A stretch of DNA of 17,349 nt from Fibrobacterota bacterium (GTDB taxonomy: Bacteria > Fibrobacterota > Fibrobacteria > UBA11236): NCBI GenBank assembly GCA_043753995.1, contig JAYUVP010000009.1, positions 1 through 17,349 of the forward strand. The letters run 5' to 3'. Below, one piece after another: positions 8,227-14,831 of this stretch. The translations under genes and the position numbers were made by a program. The notes under the pieces were generated by a model. The model did no database searches and had not been told where the DNA came from. It saw nothing but the letters and a program-made list of their open reading frames with translations. Numbering within the stretch: the stretch's first letter is position 1; every line of letters begins with the position of its first letter.

Positions 8227-8802
8227 TCATTTGTGACAGGCAGTACATTCATTGTCGGCATTTTTTTGTTCATGGCATTCCATGCACTTGCGCATGGTTA
8301 GGTGTTGGACGTCGGGTTCCACCACGGTACCCGAAACCTTGCGCATGTCCAGATGGCAATCCCAGCATTTCATTTCCCCGAAAGCGACATGAGCACGGTG
8401 GGAGAAATACACGTGGCCGGGGAGCTTGTTAACCGTGACCCAAGGAATTTCCTTTTCACTCTCCAAGTATTCTCGCACCTTGGGTTCGTCCGGGTGTTTG
8501 CCTTGAGCTTCGGAATGGCAATCCGCGCAATCCTTCAGCTTGGGCAAGGTGGCATAAACTCCCTTCTTGGCGAACTTATGGCAGTCCAGGCAATCCATGT
8601 CTTCGGCCTTGATATGAGCCTCATGGTCAAATACCATCGGCTGCTGTCCTCCGCGAACGCGGAGGTGCAGGGCATTCTTTTTCCAGGTGGCGAGGCTATC
8701 GGGTCCTAGGGCCGGGTCTACGGCCTTTTGGCATCGGATTGCGGCCAAGCAAATCCCAAGGCAGGCCAATCCAAGGAAGAAAAGGGACTTCTTTGCCGAC
8801 AT
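8227..8802 (-). CDS. Membrane-anchored pentaheme cytochrome c (QrcA/ActA-like)
   Basis: Five CXXCH motifs (CLDCH, CADCH, CWDCH, CMECH, CTACH). QP..FDHxxH, IPW..V..LP.HVYFSH..H and LTM..C are typical of ActA/QrcA. Hydrophobic N-terminal anchor. Confidence 0.9.
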   Translation of the reverse strand: MSAKKSLFFLGLACLGICLAAIRCQKAVDPALGPDSLATWKKNALHLRVRGGQQPMVFDHEAHIKAEDMDCLDCHKFAKKGVYATLPKLKDCADCHSEAQGKHPDEPKVREYLESEKEIPWVTVNKLPGHVYFSHRAHVAFGEMKCWDCHLDMRKVSGTVVEPDVQHLTMRKCMECHEQKNADNECTACHK

Positions 8803-8815
8803 CCTTGTGCCTTAC

Positions 8816-9217
8816 CTACTTCGCCTTTTTCTTCGGCACATCGAATTTCAAAGTCGCCAGCCATTCCGCCAGGGTCTTCAATTCTTCATCGGTGCCCTTA
8901 TACTTCTTCTTATGCTTACGACCCTTGATTTGTTCCTCTTTCTTTTCCCATTTCACAATCCATTCCGCCGTTCTTTCCTTGCCGACGCCAGACAAGTCGG
9001 GTGGGTCGACCTTTTCCTCGTCTGCTTCTTCCGCTTCTTCCTCATCCGATTCCACTTTGGCGATTTTCAATGCCTCTATAGGGTGACATTGTGAACATTT
9101 TTGCTTGATATAGATTTTCTGGCCGGCAGGTTCCTCGGCCGCAACGGCGGCTTTGAACGAGAACAGGGTCAGCAGGAACACACTCATTGAGAGCATGGTT
9201 GATAGGAACCTCCACAT
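8816..9217 (-). CDS. Periplasmic monoheme class I-like cytochrome c
   Basis: ATG 9217 is preceded by AAGGAG. Signal peptide MWRFLSTML...AAVAA, then G.KIY...CSQCH, PPDLSGVG and a C-terminal helix EELKTLAEWL. The longer ORF start at 9358 lies in the promoter region. Confidence 0.85.
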   Translation of the reverse strand: MWRFLSTMLSMSVFLLTLFSFKAAVAAEEPAGQKIYIKQKCSQCHPIEALKIAKVESDEEEAEEADEEKVDPPDLSGVGKERTAEWIVKWEKKEEQIKGRKHKKKYKGTDEELKTLAEWLATLKFDVPKKKAK

Positions 9218-9298
9218 AGTGCTTCTCCTTACTTCATGAAGTTTGTCGGACTTTCTCAATCCTCTAACGAGGAATGGGAAGTCGTGATTATTAATCAC

Positions 9299-9316
9299 AA
9301 GCGAATAACGATCCAA
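9299..9316 (-). promoter_or_regulatory. Putative sigma-54 (-24/-12) promoter for the leftward Qrc-like operon
   Basis: Minus strand reads TTGGATCGTTATTCGCTT, which is GG-N10-GC and a partial match to TGGCACG-N4-TTGCW. It lies about 85 bp upstream of ATG 9217. Confidence 0.5.
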
Positions 9317-9418
9317 TAGAAAATGGATTGGAAATGCCGCATTCAGCATCGAATACAAGGCCGGCGTTTACCAAATGGCAAAATCGATTCTGGGCTTCGC
9401 CTTTTTGGCATTTATCTC

Positions 9419-9488
9419 GGGGTTGAATTTCACTGAGTGAAAATGAGAGAGATGAATTTCCCTCGTTCCTGGGATGAAAATTCATCCC
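9419..9488. promoter_or_regulatory. Cluster of palindromic/repeated sites, putative upstream activator sequence shared by the divergent promoters
   Basis: GGGATGAAAATTCATCCC (9471-9488, near-perfect palindrome), related copies GAGATGAATTTCCCTC (9449-9464) and GGTTGAATTTCACT (9421-9434), and TTTCACT-G-AGTGAAA (9428-9442). All lie 100-185 bp from both -24/-12 elements. Confidence 0.55.
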
Positions 9489-9600
9489 AACTTGTCGGAA
9501 AGTCTGAGCGGAGTTCGATAATTCGCGCAGATGAAGCCATTGCAGGCTAACGCATTTTAATGTGATTTTTTTCCGAGACCAAAAAACATCAGTAAGCTCA

Positions 9601-9617
9601 TTGGCATATCAATTGCA
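9601..9617 (+). promoter_or_regulatory. Sigma-54 (-24/-12) promoter for the porin-cytochrome operon
   Basis: TTGGCATATCAATTGCA has GG at 9603-9604 and GC at 9615-9616 with exactly 10 nt between, close to consensus. GGAGG (9637-9641) and ATG 9647 follow. Confidence 0.85.
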
Positions 9618-9646
9618 CTGTTCCTTCAATATGACCGGAGGTGGTC

Positions 9647-10954
9647 ATGAAAGAAACCGGAACGGTGCCCCTTATGTTGACCTCCACAAAGACTGGAATT
9701 CGCCGCCCTCCAATCGGAGCAAGCGGCGCAACAGGGCGGGTTCCATCCGCCCGGCGGGTGCATGGAAGTTTATTCCTGCCTGCCACACTTTTAATCGTCA
9801 CGGTGTCCTTTGCGGATTATGTCCGCAGCACGGTGTCGCTTGGCGGGTACTTCTTGGAAAGCCAGGATGCCCCGCAGGACGGGGATTTTTATCAGATGGA
9901 GCGACTCAACCTTGGCATGGGGAAAGGCCCGGTCGAGGCGAAAATCGTTTATGGATATTCCGATTTTTATAACAAGCGCCCCAATACCTATGCACAGGCA
10001 AATCGCCTATCGCTTGCCACTCTGGCATACACGACACCGGTGGAGGGATTAAAGGTCAAAGTGGGTCGCGATTTCGCCCCCATGGTGGATCGCTCTCTGT
10101 ATTTCGACGGAGGATCCGCGGCCTATGAATACGGAGGATGGGTTAAAGGTGAGCTCTTCGGCGGTTATGGCATTCCTTCCGTTTATCAGGATGACATTTT
10201 GGATATGAATAGCGAAACCGGAGTGGTGGGTGGCAAGTTGTCCTATACACAATTGCCCTATCTCGGTATTTATCTCGACGGGCTGGTTAATGGTTATGCC
10301 GATGACGGGTCCCTGGGCTCCAGGGTCCAGGGATATGTCAGCGAGAATATCACTCTCACGGGCAGTGGGGTTTTTCAACTCGATTCTTCCGTGATTTCCT
10401 TTGCCGAGGCTTCGGCCCTCATATCGGTTCGTGATCATGATCTCCTTCAATTCCGTTACGGATTGGAAAACGACCAAATCGATTCCACTCGCAGCTATGC
10501 CTATTTCTTCAATCCCGAACATCAATTTCTTTCAGCCGGTTATACCCTGTATATCAACAAGGACTTGATGGCCAGCCTCGATTATGGAATGGCCTTCTAC
10601 GAAGAGGAAGCCGCCTTTCTGATGGACTTTCAGGTGAATGCCTATGGGTTTTTCTTGGGTGCCGGCAAGGAATGGGCCACCCTCCCCGAAGCCTTGAACT
10701 TGAAGGCCGGCTATGGCACCCATCTACCGCACAACCTCCGGTTGGAATTGGGAGGGGGTTATACGCTCTATGATTTGAATCGCACCGAGCTGGATTTGAC
10801 GGCTCTGAATGCCTGGGTGCGCCCGGCCTATGCGATTGGCAAAGGGTTTGAAGTTTCCGCTGCCTACGAGTTCATACAAAACCGCATGTACAAGCAAGAT
10901 CACCGCTACTTCATCTGCATCAAACACGTCTTTTTCAAAGGTCTGTCCAAATGA
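9647..10954 (+). CDS. Putative outer-membrane beta-barrel (porin of a porin-cytochrome complex)
   Basis: 435 aa, no heme motifs. A hydrophobic signal segment ends ..VTVSFA. The mature part is rich in Gly/Tyr/Phe alternating amphipathic strands (LKVKVGR, FDGGSAAYEY, LSAGYTLY, LKAGYGTH, FEVSAAYEF, YFICIKHVF). Translationally coupled (ATGA) to the multiheme cytochrome gene. Confidence 0.7.
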   Translation: MKETGTVPLMLTSTKTGIRRPPIGASGATGRVPSARRVHGSLFLPATLLIVTVSFADYVRSTVSLGGYFLESQDAPQDGDFYQMERLNLGMGKGPVEAKIVYGYSDFYNKRPNTYAQANRLSLATLAYTTPVEGLKVKVGRDFAPMVDRSLYFDGGSAAYEYGGWVKGELFGGYGIPSVYQDDILDMNSETGVVGGKLSYTQLPYLGIYLDGLVNGYADDGSLGSRVQGYVSENITLTGSGVFQLDSSVISFAEASALISVRDHDLLQFRYGLENDQIDSTRSYAYFFNPEHQFLSAGYTLYINKDLMASLDYGMAFYEEEAAFLMDFQVNAYGFFLGAGKEWATLPEALNLKAGYGTHLPHNLRLELGGGYTLYDLNRTELDLTALNAWVRPAYAIGKGFEVSAAYEFIQNRMYKQDHRYFICIKHVFFKGLSK

Positions 10955-11697
10955 CCAAAGGATTGCTGACACTGTTGCTCTTTGGTGTGGGTTGGGGAGC
11001 GGGAAATACCGAGTTCTCCCATAGCCAGCACGGGAAAAAAGAAGAATTGGAATGTACGGATTGCCATAGCAAGACCATGAATTCCAGGGGCCTTGAGGAT
11101 GTGGTGCCGGTTCCTGATAAGACTTGCACCAAATGCCATGCAGACGATACGGGTTTCACTTTGGTAAGACCCTTGGTGATCACCGACCTCAGTTATAAAA
11201 TCCGGGATCGGGCGGAAAAGGGTTCTTTGAAATTCTCACACAAGGCCCATGGTAAAAAAGCGAGTATGGAATGCGCCCAATGCCATGGCGAGGAGTTGGC
11301 CAAAGGGGTGCCCCTGCCTGCCTTAAAGGGTCCAGATCCCATGGCCATGAAGAGTTGCATGGAATGCCATGTGAAAAAGGCCGAGATTTCCTGCCTGACT
11401 TGCCATGATAAGGTGGAAAAGCCCTTGAATCACCTTAGCGTCGCTTGGATGCGCAGCGAGGGCCATGGCCTGGCATCCAATCTGAAGGGCAAAGATTGCG
11501 AAATGTGCCATGAACAAACCGGGGATTGCGCGGAATGCCATATGGGTACGGATGCCCGCAAGGTTCACGGACTCAATTACCGGTTCAATCACGGCACCGA
11601 TGTCAGGTTCGGTAAATCGGATTGCTCAGTATGTCATCAGCCCCTCGACCAGTTCTGTGCGGACTGCCACGAGGGTGCGGGAGGGCCCGCGAGGTGA
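10951..11697 (+). CDS. Periplasmic nonaheme cytochrome c (c3/c7-type repeats)
   Basis: Signal peptide and nine CXXCH motifs (CTDCH, CTKCH, CAQCH, CMECH, CLTCH, CEMCH, CAECH, CSVCH, CADCH) in 248 aa. Two FSHxxH distal-His motifs. Confidence 0.92.
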   Translation: MTKGLLTLLLFGVGWGAGNTEFSHSQHGKKEELECTDCHSKTMNSRGLEDVVPVPDKTCTKCHADDTGFTLVRPLVITDLSYKIRDRAEKGSLKFSHKAHGKKASMECAQCHGEELAKGVPLPALKGPDPMAMKSCMECHVKKAEISCLTCHDKVEKPLNHLSVAWMRSEGHGLASNLKGKDCEMCHEQTGDCAECHMGTDARKVHGLNYRFNHGTDVRFGKSDCSVCHQPLDQFCADCHEGAGGPAR

Positions 11698-11705
11698 AAA
11701 CGTCC

Positions 11706-12461
11706 ATGCGAAAAACCATCGCGAAATTACTTCCGGCGGCAATGCTGCTCCTCACGGGATGCAGCGAAATAGACCACCCCGATGTGGGCCAGGAAAGTTG
11801 CGACTTGTGCCATAATGCTTCCCTGGCCAATCAAGCGGTGCATCGTTTGCATCTCAGCAATCTGGCCATGGCGGATTTCCCCTACAATGGCCTGACGCCG
11901 CCCGCACGCTATCCCGTCGTCAGTGGAAATGGCGATACCACCTACGAGTTCAAGGTGGATCCTGCTTTTAAATTCAGCAATAGCGCCACTATCGATAAGG
12001 CAAAGCGCACCCAACAAAACCGGCTACTGAATACAGGCGTTCGGTGCGTGGATTGCCATCAAGGTTTGGATTCGCTTTTCGCACGCAATAAGGATTCCAA
12101 CCACGGCAATGGCAAGTCGGATGCCTCCTTCGACGAGGTGGGCTTGCAGGCCCGATATTATAAGGCCTCCGACACGGCCCATTTTTCACGGTCGGCTCCG
12201 GGGAAGATGTCCTTCGACGGTGAGGGTTGCAGCAATATCGCCTGTCACGGCGCTGGTCGAAAAGGTGTTGTGGATGTCGTCTGGAATTCGTCCCCGAAGT
12301 TGACCGATACGCTCTCGTGCATGCAATGCCATGACACCAGGAAGCATAAGGTAGGGGTGGCCTGTGACAAGTGCCACTTCGACGTGACTTTAGACAACGG
12401 AAAGACCATTCACAATTTCCGCAAGCATTCCAATGACACCATTAATTACGGCAGGTTTTGA
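11706..12461 (+). CDS. Multiheme cytochrome c lipoprotein with CxxxxCH/CxxCH domain (5 hemes)
   Basis: MRKTIAKLLPAAMLLLTGC lipobox. CDLCH, CVDCH, CMQCH and CDKCH plus CSNIACH. The H.NG..D..F...CSN..CHG...W...C..CH pattern matches the Geobacter-type CxxxxCH...CXXCH repeat. GTG 11694 is an alternative start. Confidence 0.85.
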   Translation: MRKTIAKLLPAAMLLLTGCSEIDHPDVGQESCDLCHNASLANQAVHRLHLSNLAMADFPYNGLTPPARYPVVSGNGDTTYEFKVDPAFKFSNSATIDKAKRTQQNRLLNTGVRCVDCHQGLDSLFARNKDSNHGNGKSDASFDEVGLQARYYKASDTAHFSRSAPGKMSFDGEGCSNIACHGAGRKGVVDVVWNSSPKLTDTLSCMQCHDTRKHKVGVACDKCHFDVTLDNGKTIHNFRKHSNDTINYGRF

Positions 12462-12497
12462 ATGAGCACAGGATCTTTTTTCGGAGGAGGGCGGACA

Positions 12498-13868
12498 ATG
12501 AAAAAGTTATGGATAATTGCCCTGGTAGCAATCGGCGCCTTGGCTTTTTTGTCGGGATGCTTGGCTAAAGACGGGATTCAAGGCCCTCCCGGCCAGGACG
12601 GAACGGATGGTACCAAAGGCAGCGATGCCATTGCCTCCTGTATGAAATGCCATTCCGATTCCAATTTTACCGCGAAGAATGTGCAATACCGATTTTCCAA
12701 GCATTTCAAAGGCACGACCAGCGCGCGCAATTCGAAGTATTGCGTCCGTTGCCATACCGATGAAGGCTTTCAGGAAGTCGCATGGGATGATCAGCCATGG
12801 GGTCGGGCGGAAATACCCACCTCCACTAGAATTGCCTGTCAAACATGTCACAAAATGACGGGCTTTGACTTTCCGAACCCGGAAGACACTATTAATAGCA
12901 TCTTAAGGACGTCAGAACCGGTGATTCTGAACTATCTCAATCAAGCCACCTTATCCGGTTGGACGACTAAAAAGACGGCGGATTTAGCTCAGGGAAAATC
13001 CAAGGTCAATAACCTTTGTGGTTCCTGCCATCAAATCCGTGGCGCCACATCCTATGAATACACCGATACCGCGGCAGGCAAATTGGTCACCAAGCCTTTC
13101 GCTCAAATGGCTTATTTCCCGTTGGGTACGGCCATTCTCCCCGGCGATACAGCTACCGAAGCCAAGGGAAATTTGAAGAAACCCACCGATTCGGTGGCCT
13201 ACTTGGTGGGAAGAAGTTTCAGCGTGCATGACGGCAATCAGATGAATCTTTTCAAAGGAACCTACGCCTATGATTTCGGCACACCCATCACCACGGCCAA
13301 GCGGGAACATGCCAAGGATGATTGCACCGTTTGCCATATGAATGAATGGGATGCGAAAACGAATACGGGCGGTCACTCCATGATCATGAATGAGGAAGAA
13401 GCCGCATGCGTTGCCTGTCATAACCTGAAGGACACCGTGGCCTTGACTCAGAAAAATATCAGCGAATTGCTGGTGAAGCTGGGCGATGCACTCACCGCCA
13501 GGAAGGTGATGAAGAAAACCACTAATGCCACTTCGGGAGCTGTGTCCTATAGTATTCTGAACACCCATGATTTCTATGGCAAGCTTTATTCCAATAACCC
13601 TGCGGATTCCGCGGTCACTTATGCCGCGCTGACCACCTCCAACAAGGTGGATACCGCCACTGGCAATGTCACCTATGTTAATCGTGTCACCTATGCGAAA
13701 GATGCCGATTTGAAGAATCGTATCGGTCGTAAATGGACTTATGGTGAGTTGGGTGCCGCCTACAATTACGGTTATATCAACTCGGAATTGTCCAAGGGCG
13801 TCCATAACGATGAGTTTGCAAGAAAGTTATTGCAAGCCTCTATCGATTGGCTCGCGGCTCACCCTTAA
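12498..13868 (+). CDS. Hexaheme cytochrome c lipoprotein with collagen-like linker and OmcB/NrfA-fold-like C-terminal helices, likely surface-exposed
   Basis: GGAGGAGG RBS (12483-12490), lipobox LSGC and G-X-Y repeats. Heme motifs CMKCH, CVRCH(TDEGF), CQTCH, CGSCH(QIR), CTVCH(M) and CVACH. C-terminal GAAYNY...GVHN..FA.KLL..SIDWL. Confidence 0.88.
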   Translation: MKKLWIIALVAIGALAFLSGCLAKDGIQGPPGQDGTDGTKGSDAIASCMKCHSDSNFTAKNVQYRFSKHFKGTTSARNSKYCVRCHTDEGFQEVAWDDQPWGRAEIPTSTRIACQTCHKMTGFDFPNPEDTINSILRTSEPVILNYLNQATLSGWTTKKTADLAQGKSKVNNLCGSCHQIRGATSYEYTDTAAGKLVTKPFAQMAYFPLGTAILPGDTATEAKGNLKKPTDSVAYLVGRSFSVHDGNQMNLFKGTYAYDFGTPITTAKREHAKDDCTVCHMNEWDAKTNTGGHSMIMNEEEAACVACHNLKDTVALTQKNISELLVKLGDALTARKVMKKTTNATSGAVSYSILNTHDFYGKLYSNNPADSAVTYAALTTSNKVDTATGNVTYVNRVTYAKDADLKNRIGRKWTYGELGAAYNYGYINSELSKGVHNDEFARKLLQASIDWLAAHP

Positions 13869-13928
13869 GATGAGCTCCTAGCTCAGGGGCTAGGCCCCAG
13901 GGTTTTTTAGCAAATCAGGAATTCAAAA

Positions 13929-13966
13929 GGCCTCAGCCAAACCTCGGCTGGGGCCGTTTTTGTTTT
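13929..13966 (+). terminator. Rho-independent terminator
   Basis: Stem GGCCTCAGCC / GGCTGGGGCC (one G-U pair), 7-nt loop, followed by GTTTTTGTTTT, 60 bp after the hexaheme stop. Two smaller hairpins lie upstream (13871-13885, and 13886-13898 followed by T6). Confidence 0.8.
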
Positions 13967-14010
13967 GGATGTACTCGTTTGATCTTGCGGTGGAGGGGCC
14001 TCGATTAGGA

Positions 14011-14026
14011 AGGCCCGGAGTTTGCT
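14011..14026 (+). promoter_or_regulatory. Putative sigma-54 (-24/-12) promoter for the cytochrome c maturation operon
   Basis: AGGCCCGGAGTTTGCT has GG at 14012-14013, 10 nt, then GC at 14024-14025 within TTGCT. It lies between the terminator and ATG 14124. Confidence 0.6.
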
Positions 14027-14123
14027 TGCTTAGATAAACATGCTTGAAACCCATCGTTTCAAACCTTTCGCTTGCCATATCGGCAAGAGGCTGTCAGACT
14101 GTCACGTTTGAACGGAGTCGATA

Positions 14124-14831
14124 ATGCCCAAATCCATCGCAGCAAAACCATTGAGAATCCGGAATGTCATCCGGCTTCGGATATTTCTGGCATTATGCTT
14201 GATGCTGGCATGCGTGCTGATTTTCAGTTGCCGTGACAAGTCGGAAAAATCAAGCTATTCGGAAATCAAAGGCTTTGATACGCCTTTAAAGCGGCAAGAA
14301 ATCAAGCTCCCCGCCCAAACCGAAAGCGATCCTCATGCGGGAATGCAAATGCCCGCAGGCGAAGATCCCCATGCAGGTATCGAGGTTTCAAGTCCAGCCG
14401 GGAATTTGACCTGGCAACTTCCAGCCGGGTGGGCCGCATTTCCAGGCACGGGCATGTTTTATGCCATCCTTAAGGCCGGCACCAGTGAAAATGCGCTGGA
14501 AGTCTCCATCGTCGCCATGGCGGGTGATGCCGGCGGATTGGATGCCAACGTGGAAAGATGGTTAGGACAAATCGCCTTGAAACCATCCCCATCCGACCGC
14601 GCTGCTTTCATTGCCCAGGCGGAGTCCTTTCGCACTCAAGGCGGGTTGAATCTCTCCCTCCTTGATTTCAATTCTCAGGTCAAGGATGGCGAAGCACCAA
14701 GCATGTTGGTGGGCGTGGTCAAGCCGGCGGAATTCTCCTTCTTTATTAAGGTGAAAGGGAAAAAGTCTGATTTGGAAAAAGCGAAAAAGGAGGTCATGGT
14801 CTTTTGCCAATCCCTGGGATGGAAGGCCTGA
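14124..14831 (+). CDS. Uncharacterised lipoprotein with DPHAG repeats, associated with cytochrome c biogenesis
   Basis: GGAG RBS and a hydrophobic signal ending IFSC. DPHAGMQMPAGEDPHAG, then LTWQLPAGW...GGLDANVERWLGQI...FFIKVKG. TGATG overlap with resB. Confidence 0.7.
   Translation: MPKSIAAKPLRIRNVIRLRIFLALCLMLACVLIFSCRDKSEKSSYSEIKGFDTPLKRQEIKLPAQTESDPHAGMQMPAGEDPHAGIEVSSPAGNLTWQLPAGWAAFPGTGMFYAILKAGTSENALEVSIVAMAGDAGGLDANVERWLGQIALKPSPSDRAAFIAQAESFRTQGGLNLSLLDFNSQVKDGEAPSMLVGVVKPAEFSFFIKVKGKKSDLEKAKKEVMVFCQSLGWKA

Noticed and set aside
3421..8802. Canonical alternative complex III (actABCDEF)
   Set aside because: The Mo-fold and Fe-S domains are separate genes, there is only one NrfD-type subunit, and actD/E/F and oxidase genes are absent.
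9218..9358. 47-residue N-terminal extension of the monoheme cytochrome in the ORF track
   Set aside because: It overlaps the predicted promoter. ATG 9217 has an AAGGAG SD and begins a normal signal peptide.
9375..9422. Two more TGGCA motifs on the plus strand
   Set aside because: Neither has GC at the required 10-nt spacing, so they are not -24/-12 promoters.
12984..13805. 273-aa antisense ORF, and other shadow ORFs such as 1941-2504, 5140-5637 and 10049-10525
   Set aside because: They lie wholly or mostly over well-supported genes and have no motifs. They are expected by-products of codon bias.
14091..14104. CTGTCA direct repeat resembling a Pho box
   Set aside because: The repeat period is 8 bp rather than the 11 bp of PhoB boxes.
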